From Mytilus edulis (Eukaryota): a DNA stretch of 64,000 nucleotides. The DNA is taken from the NCBI RefSeq assembly GCF_963676685.1, contig NC_092351.1, positions 44,454,001 to 44,518,000 of the forward strand. Direction: 5' to 3'. The notes beneath the pieces were generated by a model. The model searched no databases. It was not told where the DNA came from and saw nothing but the letters and a program-made list of their open reading frames with translations. How positions within the stretch are numbered: position 1 is the stretch's first letter; the number at the start of each line of letters is the position of its first letter. Below, in pieces: positions 24,619-37,329 of this stretch. Both the position numbers and the translations under genes were made by a program.

Positions 24619-25336
24619 ATTGGAACTTATACAATATAAATAAAAAGATGTTGTATGAGTGTCAATGAGACAACTTTCCACCTAGGTCACAATGTATAAA
24701 AAGTTAAAAATTATAGGTCTAAGTACGGCCTTCAACACGGAGCCTTGGTTAATATTGAACAGCAAGCCATAAAGGGCCCCAAAATGATTAGTGTAAAACA
24801 ATTCAAACAGGAAAATCAATGGTGTAATCTATATAAAAAACGAGAAACGAGAAACACCTATGAACCACACCAGCAAACGACAACCACTGAACAACAGGCT
24901 CCTGACTTAGGACAGCATATAAATGCAGCGTGTTTAAACGTTTTAACATGCGCCAACCTTCACTCTTACCTGAGACAGTAGTCTAACATTACAAAATTCC
25001 ATTATAAAAGACACACTATAAAATATCAATTGAAATGGCTTAACTCGATTAAAAAGACATTTAAACAAAAACAAGAAAACATACACTGAACGAATAAGTT
25101 TGATCTACGACACAATATAAATACAATATGAAAACGTAGATCTCTATGTAACATAGACGTTACAGTACGGAAGTAAAAAAAAATTACAAAATAAATTTGT
25201 TGTTCAGAGTAAGATTACATAATTGAAAATTTTTCGTCATACTGAATAACTGTCAAAGGTGGTACATACTAAAAATAGTGAGACGAGATAGAACACAAAA
25301 TAAGTAAAATCTGAATTAAAGAAACGCATTACAAAT

Positions 25337-25561
25337 GAGGGCCCTCATGGGGTTTTTGATTATGTGATTACTTGGCCGTTTTTTTAATGATTATTTGATT
25401 ATTAAGCCAAATATTTCATGATTATTTGATTACCTAGGACTGTATTTTTAGTTTATGATTATTTGATTACTAAAGATAAGCAAATATTTAATGATTATGT
25501 GATTATATTGGCAAAAAAATGGTGATTATGTGATTACTAGGACCCCCCCATGAGGGGCCTC
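25337..25561. mobile_element. 225-bp MITE, GAGG...CCTC ends, 6-bp TSD
   Basis: TSD acaaat at 25331-25336 and 25562-25567. TIR GAGGGCCCTCATGGGG / CCCCATGAGGGGCCTC. Interior built from tgatta repeats. Confidence 0.9.
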
Positions 25562-26571
25562 ACAAATGGTGTTAACAAGTCAAATTAACACGAAAGTACA
25601 ATTTTTCAGGTTGTACTGAAAAATGCTTCTAAAAATTGGTTTTCAAAGGTTAGAAAAATTACCACCAGTAATGCAAGTCTTAGATATCAATTCATATTGT
25701 TCAGCATTTTTTAGACGTTTCTATCTACAATTGTCTATCCTGTTACTGTAACCATTGTAACAGGTAAGACATACCAGGATAGACAAATGTCTTCATTTTT
25801 GATTGCTGTTGTGAAATAACTACTCCGTTTGGTGAAGTGATAATGTTTTTCTGTTGTGATTTTGGTTTCCAATACGTGATTGCAGTGTTTACAAGTATAC
25901 TTTTGGTGTAATTAATCAAAATGTTGGTAACAGCATAGACAGGGAAAAAAGTACCCTCTATGTTTCTTCACCAAATGTCTTGAAACACTAGCGATCAAAA
26001 AAGGACTAAATGAAATGTTAAGGTTACTTTGCACTTTTGAAATCAACGCTGACTAATTTAATATTCATAGAAATAATAAATTAACGGCTGATTTAAGTAG
26101 CAGCAACAGGATGGACATGAACCTCATGTACGCTGATTGAATTTAGTTTGTAGACAAAATACATATAATAATGAAGAAGCTTCAATTTTTCGTTAGAGTT
26201 ATTATAAACGTTCTTAAAGAGTCCAATTTGCAGATATCTAGGCGATCAGAAAATCGAAAAAAAAATCGTTTGAAATTTGTTACTCTGACACTGTACGCAC
26301 ACAAATAACCAAAAAATCGTACTGAAATACATTTTAATCTTATCAAAATATATGTAAATCGTGTTTATTATTAATGTTCTGAATCATAAATCCTACTAGC
26401 TTTCATTTAACCAATTACAACTGAAATTTCCATTAGAAATTTAAAAAAAATTAGCATTGGTGTACTTATAATTCGACATTTTTTAAAAATGACCCATCTA
26501 TGTCGATCTAAATTCATGCGTTATTGTTATTATTCAGTTTGGCCTTTTTTTTTAAACTTTTTTGGATTCGA

Positions 26572-26615
26572 GCGTCACTGATGAGATTTTTGTAGACGAA
26601 ACGCGCGTCTGGCGT
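26572..26615 (+). ncRNA. Minimal type I hammerhead ribozyme motif (stem II damaged) in a PLE-associated short repeat
   Basis: GCGUCA-CUGAUGA-gauuuuuguagac-GAAA-CGCGCG-UC-UGGCGU; stem I pairs with wobbles and stem III is palindromic. Confidence 0.65.
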
Positions 26616-26750
26616 ATATATATAAATTTAGTCCTGGTATCTATGATGAGTTTATATTCAATATTTACAAAAATATATAATGAATACTTATGAATTATTA
26701 TTCAAGTAAATTAAAAACAATAAAATATTTGTTTGGCTGATTATTAGGAA

Positions 26751-26808
26751 GAAACTTACATAAATGATGTTGACCGAGGATTTCTGTTTGAAAACCTACT
26801 CTTAAGTA
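26751..26808 (-). promoter_or_regulatory. Putative non-coding first exon (3' part) and splice donor of UGT1
   Basis: Minus-strand donor GTAAGTTTC (26759-26751) is conserved at the homologous position upstream of UGT2 (42001-41993). Flanking homology includes tctatgtcgatctaaat and gaaaacctac.cttaagt. Confidence 0.6.
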
Positions 26809-28005
26809 CTCCAGTATCAGTCAGCTTACATACACCAGGGAAGAGACTTTATACTAACCTCGGTAGCCGTACTAATGCGCACGCAATATAATTAGATAAA
26901 AATAGATTTTTGAGGGGATTTCTTATGATCACTTCCGGAATCCAAGCTTTCGCGCTGTTTACGAATACAAGAAAATCTTAAGACTTCTTAAAACAATCAA
27001 AATGATTACTTAATCTTTTAATATTTACCCTAGTAAAATCAGTAAAAAATATCCTTTTCAAATATGCTATGAGTTGATCAAGCTTGATCATGATGTTCTA
27101 TTATATTCGTATTTACCTACAAGGGTTTAAAATAATGAATTAGTTACTTCACGATTAAAGGCCTATAAATCCTGCATTTTAAAAATACACTTAATAAAAA
27201 ATATACTGGTAACCTAATAAATGAAACAAAATCATGCTAAATAAAATATTAGGTATCTAGGTCGGTTGAGTAGGAGTTGACGAAGGTACGAATTGTCGTT
27301 TATCTTCAGTTTATCATTGATGGAAGAAGCTGGATTTGTAGATAGAAGTTTTTGTGTTCTGTTCAATTGTTCCTTTTAAAATTGTATACGATGATGACTG
27401 ATGTACCCATATTTTGACTATTTTATTTATTGTGTCTGTTTAGTTAACGCATCAATGTAAATATAACGGAATTTGATGAGACGGTCATCAAAGTGAGAGG
27501 ATTAGCGCTATAAAACCAGGTTTAATCCACCATTTTCTACATTTGAAAATGCCTGTACCAAGTCAGGAATATGACAGTTCTTGTCCATTCGTTTTTGATG
27601 CGTTTTGTTATTTGATTTTGCCAAGTGATTATGGACTTTCCGAATTGATTTTCCTCTAAGTTCAGTATTTTTGTGATTTTACTTTTTGCTTTAGTAAAAA
27701 GTGAATATCATAGTCAGTTGAGATTGGATTCCAACTCACTTGCCATGAATGAGCCCCTAGAAACACAAGACTAGGAGTGAGACTTGCATAAAGTCTATGC
27801 ATTTTAATTGATTATTGTGCTATTCAGCTACTGGCCCCCGTAAAAAGACCACTTTCAAATTCATGCACTTTCTGGTAAATTTCGTGTTCATTTTATTAAG
27901 TTACAGTAAGGACTGATTGTAAGACGATATGGTTAATACCGATTGACCTTGGGTCAGCCGATGTAAATTAACTCATCAGAGATACCAGGACTTAATTTTG
28001 TATAT

Positions 28006-28049
28006 ACGCCAGACGCACGTTTCGTCTACAATAGACTCATCAGTGAAAA
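28006..28049 (-). ncRNA. Minimal type I hammerhead ribozyme motif (core and stem II intact, stem I weakened)
   Basis: Minus strand: UCA-CUGAUGA-GUCUA-uug-UAGAC-GAAA-CGUGCG-UC-UGGCGU. Confidence 0.7.
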
Positions 28050-28971
28050 TCGAATCCAATAAAGGCAAAAGAAAGCACGAAGCCGAACTCATTCATTAAG
28101 GCAATGATTTATCTTGGAATTTACTTAAATTTGTCATACATTATTGCTTTTTACAAAGGTGAGAAAGACACAAATTCAATAATATTTTGAGATCCAAAGG
28201 CACTTAGTATCTTGTTTTCTGGCTTAAATTTATTTTTTGAAGCCAAGAAGGTACTCTTGCTAGCCCAGTATTATATGTAAACAAAAGAACTTGAGTCACT
28301 CTAGTAGTCAGCTAGGCTATCTATAAGAAAACAATCTTGAATCATCGTAATCATTCTAAAGTCAGTTAGCACTTCCAAAAATCAATTAAATTTGATTCAC
28401 AGGTAGTACATGAAGATAAACATAGAAAACTAGTTCACCATACAATATTCAGACCAAAAATATTTACTCTAAATTCAGGAAATGAATAACATAATTTACT
28501 GTTTATATTAAGGATAAAAGTGGATAAGTCTGTTTACAAGTTACTTAAATAATCCATGTCTTATTTTTATCAAAAGATACTGATACAGATCATGTCAAAA
28601 ACCAACTAGTATTAAGTTGTGCAGTTAACAAAAGAATGTTTTCAGATATATGTATTAACATGATTTATGTATGATTCATTGCTGTTGCTGTTTTATCCAT
28701 GAGCAGCCTTTGTTGGGGCAAAGAACATGAGACACATGATAGAAAAAGGAACATAAATGCTTCCTGCTATGAATTAGACTAAGATAATGAGCCATTCTAA
28801 TTAACAGGTTGACAGTTATACAGGAAGACAGGTCACTCTACAGATATGTATTGCAATTCTTAAAAAAGGGGTACAGGGTAATCACATTAGAGCACAACAT
28901 AAAAAAAAGCCATCAACTAGGTTTTAATTCAGCATGTGTTGATATTTATTGGCCTGTTTTGTAGATATTAG

Positions 28972-29115
28972 GAAAAACAGCACAAAATTCAGTGGAAGGA
29001 TTATGAAAATGATGGACTTCTGCCAGACAATCCATACATTGTTTTATCAGTAGAACGATATAAGTGTCATTATGGACCTGATAGAAATAAGGCAAAAAAG
29101 AACAAACCTGAATCT
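28972..29115 (+). CDS. CaRF-like (MULE DNA-binding) exon A, transposon-borne
   Basis: EKQHKIQWKDYENDGLLPDNPYIVLSVERYKCHYGPDRNKAKKNKPES then GTAATT. Resembles CaRF LMWK...DGIPFV...CQYGPRR (recalled). The acceptor may instead be at 28965, which would imply a frameshift. Confidence 0.6.
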
Positions 29116-30139
29116 GTAATTTAATATTTTCATCGGTTTAGAAAAAGCAATATAACTATATTTTCAAAAAAACAACATTATTTATTTATACAAGCTTGAT
29201 AAACAGATGCATGTCTTGGCAGACTTTCCAAACCATAACTTATAATGAGTTCAAATTTATGTTAAATATAGATTCTTACATCGTCTGAAGTATTATTTGA
29301 TAATAAAAAGTTAGTGTATGTTATGTACTTAAAAACTTCATATAGTAATTGCTTTAACTAGTGTAGCTTTTTAAATTAAACTCCAAATAAAGTTCTATAA
29401 CTGGTTCCTTGCCGTCTACGTTTTGTAAGCAGGCGGAAATGGTTTTGTATTTAATTTTGTGACAACTCAGCCCACGGCCATCTCGCACCTTTCAAACACT
29501 CTCACTAATTATAACAACTTGCATCGTTTTATCAAACTCGCATCACTCAAAATAAGAAGAAATATAACAAACTCGAAGAAATATGTTTGATCATTATATT
29601 GTTTTCTTCTTCTCTTAGTAAATTCCTCCTTTCTCGGAACACTGACAGAAGAACTGACAAACTAATCAAATCCATCAACATAATGCATAAGTGCATTAAA
29701 ACAGTGTGAAAAACACGAACCCAAGCTGTGTATCACCATAAACATTTCAAGTTATCCTTCAAGCTACGCTCGTGTGGGTTTTTTCTAGTATGCTGTAAAT
29801 ACACGTATTGCGACTTATAAAACCATTGTAGTTTTTAATGTATATTGTCAAATTTAACATTATTAAACTTTTGTTCTATAAGTAGCTTCTGATTTGTTTT
29901 ACTTAAGGCAAAATACTGATTAAAATTTTTAGAAGATATTTGCTAAAATTTTCTTTTGAAAACGTGAAGAATAAGTATGAGTTGGTTAACTAATGTACTG
30001 TTTATATGTTGGGAATGTAACATATAAGATGGTTCTCTATCCAAATTTAACACACATACTCGAACATTTTAAATGTTATATGTGTTAATTTTATAACTAC
30101 AATGCAGTTTAAAAAGTAAACACTTTTTTTCCAATTTAG

Positions 30140-30250
30140 GTTCATGACCATGTTTATGGGAAAATTTTGTTTTTAATTCAGCCAACCAAGAAAATGAATT
30201 GTCCTGCTACAATTATTGCCCAAGAAGTTATTTTTGTCACAGACTATATG
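30140..30250 (+). CDS. CaRF-like exon B, transposon-borne
   Basis: ttttttccaatttag then VHDHVYGKILFLIQPTKKMNCPATIIAQEVIFVTDYM then GTATAA, phase 0-0. Matches the CaRF-type KxxCPAxI...FPxY motif. Confidence 0.7.
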
Positions 30251-31656
30251 GTATAAACCATTCAAAGTTCTGTCGGAAACATTGATATCAGTCTTGATCA
30301 GACATTGAGTTAACTTAAATCACACTTTTTGATATATTTATTTATATATATATACTGATAGAATATAAAAAGACGAACAGCTATGGTGTAATCACACATA
30401 AGTTTAACCAACAAATTCATATAACAAAGACAAACACAAAACAAGATTAACCTGTCTGTAGTGGCATTCCGGATGGCATCACCTACACAATAAAGTGAGC
30501 TAATAGTATCCCATACTAAAAGTGTATCAATTTCAACTGTTAACTTTATATGATATTTTTATTTCCTTTCTGATCAATGTAAGCTTAAAAGTTAATCCTT
30601 ATAAATTATATATTGCTTTAAATGAAAACTGATGAGAACTTGAGATCCTACATTCTGTTGATATTATTTACTTATATTTTGGCATAGCGCATGATCATGC
30701 ATTTATAAGTCTTCACAATTAATTCATTGAATGTGTATTGATCGGTACTTAAGTCTGGGAGATTTTGATTTATTAATTAGTTGTAAACGGCTTTGAACTA
30801 GCTGTCTGTATCTACTGATATTTTTGTGCTTTGTGTCTATTGTGTTTATTTCAGTTGTTTTTATGCCTTATACCAATCTTTTGAGTTAAGTCAATTGCTA
30901 CTGATTTTTACAGTTTGTTCTTATTATGTGATGCAACATGACTGTCCAAGGTTAGGAGAGGGTTGAGCACTCAAGAACATGTTTAACTGTACCCCACCAC
31001 AAACGTTATGTGCTTGTCCCAAGTCAGATGCCTGTAGTTACGTGATTGGTTTTGTTATGAATCAGGCGATTAGTTTTCTCAATTGAATTGTTTCACATTT
31101 TTGTATGTCGAACCTGTTATAGTGTATATACAGTATGTGTTTTTCTCATTGTTGAAGGCCATATGGTTACCTACTACAGCTAACATTCACTTCAATTGAA
31201 CTTTAGTGGATAGTTGTCAAATAGGCAATCATACCACATATCATCATTTTTATATTCATTAGTGAACTTTTATCTAACCTTACAAAAATATCGGGTGACA
31301 GAGGATTTGATTTTTGATAATCAAAATGTGATGCATTTCATCCATTCTTTCTTCAGGGAAAGTGGGGAGGGAATGATTATCTTTGCATAGATTTTGATTG
31401 GTCTAACTTTGGCTGTATGATGTTTTTGAATACATCTTACTGTTTACGACGTTCATTAAAATTCAATTCACATTTCAATGATTAAATGTTTGTGTGACCA
31501 CAAGGTCAGCTCCAAAATTATTGAATGTCGTAGCCTTAGATCAACAGAAATTTTGACTATTTAAAAAGGGAAAATACTATCCAGAAATAAAGACTGGAAA
31601 ACTGAGGGTGTAAGAAATTGTTAACTAAAATAACATAAACAGTACCAAATGTTGCT

Positions 31657-31700
31657 GCACCAGATGCACATTTCGACAATCAATGTCTCTTCAGTGATGC
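31657..31700 (-). ncRNA. Minimal type I hammerhead ribozyme, apparently intact
   Basis: Minus strand: GCAUCA-CUGAAGA-GACA-uugau-UGUC-GAAA-UGUGCA-UC-UGGUGC. Stems I and II fully paired; AUC cleavage triplet. Confidence 0.75.
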
Positions 31701-31903
31701 TCGAGACCAAAATATTTGAAAATTCAAAGCCTATTAAAAGGATAAAGAGCTATAAACCAAAAAGGACAAAATAAAAAAGCCAACAGCCGGGCAAATAATC
31801 AAAGCTTTGCATGAGGGAGATTATATTCCTTGGTTTAAAACAATAAAGTTGTATTGCAAACTATGGGAGAACAGGTATAAATATTTATCATCTTTTATTT
31901 CAG

Positions 31904-32053
31904 AAATCTGTTTCAAAGTGGCAGCGTGAAAACATTTCAAAAGACATTGAAACTGGCATGACGGACGAGAAAAAGCTTAATCTGAATATGGACAAAAGAT
32001 TGGTGATCAAACTGCCAAAAAAAGAAGAACATAAATTCCATTTACAAGGAGAG
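31904..32053 (+). CDS. CaRF-like exon C, transposon-borne
   Basis: tcttttatttcag then KSVSKWQRENISKDIETGMTDEKKLNLNMDKRLVIKLPKKEEHKFHLQGE then GTCAGA, phase 0-0. LPxxxxHxxH as in CaRF LPTQQAHQYH (recalled). Confidence 0.7.
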
Positions 32054-33957
32054 GTCAGAGTTATTTCATCCAAATTAATTATTATATATTTTTCAATATT
32101 CACTAGAATGTGATATTCATCAGTTTTACTTCAAAAAACCTGCGATATAATAACTTTAACATTCAACATAATAAGTTTTGGATGAATGTTTTGTATAGTA
32201 AGGCAATTCAAAAGATTAAAAAGCTTTACACTGTATTTACAATTCATATATTTTCATTGCCTTTGAATTGTTGTCAAACATAGAAGTTACAAAAACAAAT
32301 GAACTTTAGTTCTTTTGTATTGAGGAAATCTATGTATAAGCAAAAATTGTCGTTCCTGTAATTGAACACACTATTGCTTTTGACGTAAAAGACGAAAGAC
32401 AAATGAATTTGTGACATGCTATAACCATTTACAATAACAGTATTAGGTTAGGAAGAAATCATTATGAAAATGTAATTATTGTGTGTGTTTTGTTTGAAAA
32501 AGGAATTATTTTCATCACATTAAAATGGCAACTATATTTCTATAAATTTCATCTGTATAGTAAATTGATCACTCAACATATTTAATTTTAAAATTTTACT
32601 TTTATTTTAAAAAAAACATGACTTTCAACAAATTGGAGTCAACATTTTTTCATATGTTACTGAAAATGCAGGCTATCCAATGTAACATCTTGGAAAACAA
32701 TTCAAGATAAAAAAGATCAATTAACTAGTAAGTAAAATTGCAATACAAACAGTTAGTAACCACCAAAAATATGTTTACAGTGACAGTATTCCCAACCCCC
32801 CTACCACACACCCACTACAAATTAAACCCATCAAATCACTGATAAATCAGACTGTATAATTCAAATTTAATTTCAATAAATTATATATGTATTATCGACA
32901 ATAAATACTACTAGTTGATGCTACAAACCTCTTCTAATCAAATACGGTTTGATCTGAAATTGGAACCTATCCGTATAAAAATTGTTTTACATTTTCGGGA
33001 ATATCCCAGATATAAATAGATTTATATATAGCGCGCTACCGAGGTTAGTAAAAGTCTCTTCCATACACCAGGGTACCCGTAAACGGTACTATTCATTCTT
33101 CCATAGGCGACAATAGTAACATTTTCTAAATTTACCACTTTTTAAGATAAAAACCTGGATAAAACAGTTATATGTTGTGTTAGTACTTTATTATTCTGTT
33201 TTAAAAATTAAAGCCAAATAGTATCATGACCAACTTCCAACGGAGCTTGTTTATGTTATCCATGCCCACGGTCATTTTGCACTAAATTAATGAAATTTTG
33301 GAAGTCTTTTCGAATAATTCTCTAGAAAATATTTCAAAAGGTTTCAAAATTTATATTGTAAATATACACACTGCAGTTATTCATAGATAAATCAAAAATA
33401 TATTGTACCCTTACATCCAATCACAGCGCTCCTAATTTGACTTCCTTCACCTGCCTTGGGTACACAAAAGCCAACCTAATGCTGGGAAAGTTTAATACTA
33501 CCGTTTTCCCTAAAACTGTCGTCTATATCACAACATCGTTAATTAGGTTTAATTGTGTCAAATTTCCAGACCTTTTTACGACTTGCTACAGAGGATAAGG
33601 TAAACATACCAGACAGCATCAGACAAATTTAACACATAACTTTATTTTATGTCTTTGAAAGCATATTTTAAACTCTCAGTCACGTTTTGAATCTTGGAAG
33701 CTAATTACCTGCTTTATGGTATATCTAATAAACAAAAAAAAGTTTTGTAAGAACTTGAGAGAATAAATATGTATTACTGTCAATACAGACGCCTTGAAAT
33801 CTGCATAGGTTTAGAAGGACACAACGTTGTATAAGTTTAAAAACAAAATAAGTGGACGTTATTAATGTTATTACAAGAGGCTCTTCCCTCTGTCCTACTG
33901 TAACAATGGACAAATTCACTTTTACATCATTCGTTTGTCGGTTTTGGACAATAAAAT

Positions 33958-34141
33958 ATGTTTAAACTATCATTCGATCATTTGAAAAGCAAGCTGGAAA
34001 AGTGCGATGCTTGTTGTAATGGTGACTATATATCATTTCGTTGTCCACTGTGTCCGCTGTCGAAATACGAACCAAGAGGAAAGGCAAAGCTACAGCTACA
34101 TCTTGCAGTTCACTGGAATACAAGAATCCAAGGAAACAACG
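33958..34141 (+). CDS. First exon of a Zisupton-like transposon protein (CxxCC plus CxxC-x14-HxxxH); later exons missing
   Basis: MFKLSFDHLKSKLEKCDACCNGDYISFRCPLCPLSKYEPRGKAKLQLHLAVHWNTRIQGNN followed by donor G/GTAATT. Pattern resembles recalled N-termini of fish Zisupton-type proteins (CxxCC..CPFC..F.P.....HL..H). Confidence 0.6.
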
Positions 34142-35134
34142 GTAATTTAGTTTTCTGAATAAATCACGGAATTTAAAAAAATAATAATATCGTCTTATGA
34201 ACATCGCTTTATAAAAGACAATCTCATTTTTTAAAGCGATATTTAAAGAATTTACTATGATCAATTAAGTAATAGTTAACAATTTTGTATACATCTATAT
34301 GTATATTTGGATTCCTGCACCAGGTAAAATTTGAATACGCCAGAAGTGCGTTTTGTCCACACAAGACTAACCAGTGACGCTCAGATGCCAAAAACAAATA
34401 CAAAGTTGAAAGGCACTGAGGAACAAAATTTCAAAAAAAGTTGTGACCAGAGTTTTCTGCTTGGGATAAGAACATCCTTATTATATAGAATAATTTATAC
34501 TTTTGCAAAAAGTTAATTTTATAAAATGACTATATAATGGATATACATGATGAAACCGAAGTATTAACTGACTACAGAATAAAAACGAATACATTACATA
34601 AACCAACATAACCCAGCACAAAAAAATATCCAAGTTAGCCAAAGCCTCAACGCATAAAGTGACGCCACATTTGAAATTATAAAAAAGCACATGAAGATCA
34701 GTGCTACATAAAGATATTACTTTTGTGTAAAACTATTTCTAGTTCACTTTAGATAATGATTTCCGGTACAGTGGTGTCTTTCTGGTATACTATTGGACGG
34801 GTATGCTGATGCCTGTACGCTGACTGATGCCTCTTCTTAAGTATCATGTAGTGTATGGGGTATAAATGGGGTTTACATAGCGCATTATTAATAATAAACA
34901 TAAAAGTTAAAGAATAGAAAAATATAATAGCCAGTAAAAAAAAACAATTTACAAACTAAACCCCCAACCCTCCTGTCCGTATTTTATTAATCACAATTCT
35001 TATAGTTTATGTAAACTAAAATCTTTACAATTGATATTAAACCTGTAAGGATTTTGAATAAACTGTATTTATTTTCTAAATGCGCAGTGACAAATAAATA
35101 TTGCATGCATATTCAGGACGAGTAAATATGTATA

Positions 35135-36148
35135 CACCGTTTATCATCAGTACAGCGGATATAGGTATTAACTAAGCGGGCGTGAGCGATTTTGGCCTTA
35201 CACGGTAACGAAAATCTTCGTTTTGTTCACATAACATGCATAATATCAATGTGTACTTCAATCTAAACATAATTGTTGTTTTACGAAATGATTTGGTAGT
35301 AGGTTGATGATTAGAGATTTCTCATTATTTTCCAAAACAAGAACGATTACTAAAAGAGGGACGAAAGATACCAAAGGGACAGTCAAACTAATAAATCTAA
35401 AATAAACTGACAACGCCATGGCTAAAAATGAAAAAGAAAAACAGATAAAACAATAGTACACATGACACAACATAGAAAACTAAAGAATAAACAACACGAA
35501 CCCCATGTGCAAATACTTGTCAAAGAAGTTGCCACTCGTCTCATTCGATATAATTCTATTTTCATTGCAACTCTTTTTCTGTGTGTAATAAGTATAGCTG
35601 TTTCAATAAGTCGCATTGAAATTTTTCATACATATGTTAATTTTAGATTTTTTTTATTCCGAAAAGAAGTGCTGTGTGCGGTGTTTAGCTGATAAAATAA
35701 ATCCTTCTGTACGGTGCATAGTTAAGATGCTGTACACCGTACACAAAAAAAAACATTTTCATACTCGTTTTTTACCCAAAATGTTTCAAGGAATGAGTAA
35801 TCATAGGTAGGTTTATGATTCGTAACTATTTCTATTGCCCTGTATTGACTTTCTTTCAGATAAAACATGTAAATGTATCGACAACTGTATCGAAATTGAA
35901 AGTTGGTGTTGACATTCACAACTGTTTGCGCATGTACAAGTTAATTGTTCTTATTAGAATATCAAAGTTGTTTTATAAATAGGAAAAAATCAATGCGAAA
36001 ATTATTTGGGAGCAGGAATTTCAAATATTTAGAAATGTACACTGAATATTGGTAAGGCAAAACAAAGATTTCCGTTACCTTGTAAGGCCAAAATTGCTCA
36101 CGCCCGCTTGGTTAGTACCTATATCCACTGTACTGATGATACACGGTG
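35135..36148. mobile_element. ~1-kb non-autonomous TIR element, ~95-bp TIRs, TA flanks
   Basis: ta-CACCGTTTATCATCAGTACAGCGGATATAGGTA...GGCCTTACA pairs with TGTAAGGCC...TACCTATATCCACTGTACTGATGATACACGGTG-ta. Confidence 0.85.
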
Positions 36149-37329
36149 TATACTTATTTCAGTAATATAGTGCGGTGACGGAATAGGAAAAAAGTCGATT
36201 ATCAAAAGAGTTTAATTTCGCTTCATATTACACATCTTAAAACTTGCACAGTCTTTGAAAATTATTTTTTCTTCAATTTAAGATTAGTCGTCAAAAATTC
36301 GTATGGTGTAGTTTTTTATATAAATAGCCGGTAATGTACCGTTGTTTGTACGAAATTTTGTGTGAAGTTTAGGTATTCAATTCAAACAAGGCAAGTCCTC
36401 TGATTTTTGTTCAATGTAATGTTCATTGAAGCCATGAAGGACTTATGATTAACCAACATCTCATCCTTGTGAAGTGATATGTTTTTATGTGAGACTACCT
36501 GAGTGCTTATTTCTTACCAATTCTTTTACAAGACACTCGTAGTAGTACGATGTACATACAAAGACAATATTATTTGAAGCTTTGTCCGCAGGAACAACAA
36601 CATACTTATCGTGAAGATATGATAGACATTTTACTGCCTCTTTGTCTCTGAATACGGACTTTGGTCGATATTACCGTATAATTTAGGATGTAAAATACCG
36701 TTTGAATAAGTTTTCTACATGTACATCCAAATTAACTAATTAAATCTTTGTACTTAGTAACGTTTTAAGTAAATCATGGTAACGAAATCCCGGACTTGAT
36801 AATTTAGCAGTGATACAATGCTTACGTTCGTTAAAATCTACGACACTACTACATACACAGGCATAACGAACAAGTTGGGATATATGAACACTGTATGATA
36901 GAGTCAACAGACCATCGAAGTCTTAACAAGAACTATCTTTAAAAAAGATATCCAACGTATTTAAATTTGAGTATATGTTTAAAACTATCATTTCGATAAC
37001 CTTCAGAAGCACAAAGATACCATTTAAATAACGTTTTCTCTGTTTGTGTTCAGTATTCTCGGTCCTCGTATCTTTCTGTTTACATTCCCCTAAACCCCGC
37101 GGAAATCTCACATGCGTAGGTGCGTTCTAAAAGTCATGTACGTTCGTACAACAAGTTTACATTAAAAATTATATAATTGTCCCGAATAAACAGCTGTCAC
37201 GGATGCAAAGAGCTATTGGACAATTGTTTTAATAAAAATATAAATCTTTGTAAGATCTAGTTCAAATATTTATAGTTTTTCACTTGCTTTCCATCACGAT
37301 ATAATTAACGAGACGTTTCTTCAAACACA

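Larger units (their letters stand above)
26839..33062 (+). mobile_element. Mutator-like (MULE) element, 6.2 kb, 9-bp TSD, internally deleted
   Basis: TIR GGAAGAGACTTTATACTAACCTCGGTAGC / GCTACCGAGGTTAGTAAAAGTCTCTTCC. TSD atacaccag at 26830-26838 and 33063-33071. Contains CaRF-like exons. Confidence 0.88.
26809..34835 (+). mobile_element. Zisupton-like non-autonomous DNA transposon (about 1.8 kb of own sequence plus nested MULE)
   Basis: TSD cttaagta at 26801-26808 and 34836-34843 (extendable to 9 bp). Subterminal inverted repeats match 26/32 once the inner element is removed. The empty site is visible upstream of UGT2 (about 42040-42107). Carries a zinc-finger first exon. Confidence 0.75.

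Noticed and set aside
27320-27348. Possible first exon of the CaRF-like gene (MEEAGFVDR)
   Set aside because: Only nine codons before a repeat insertion; no continuation found.
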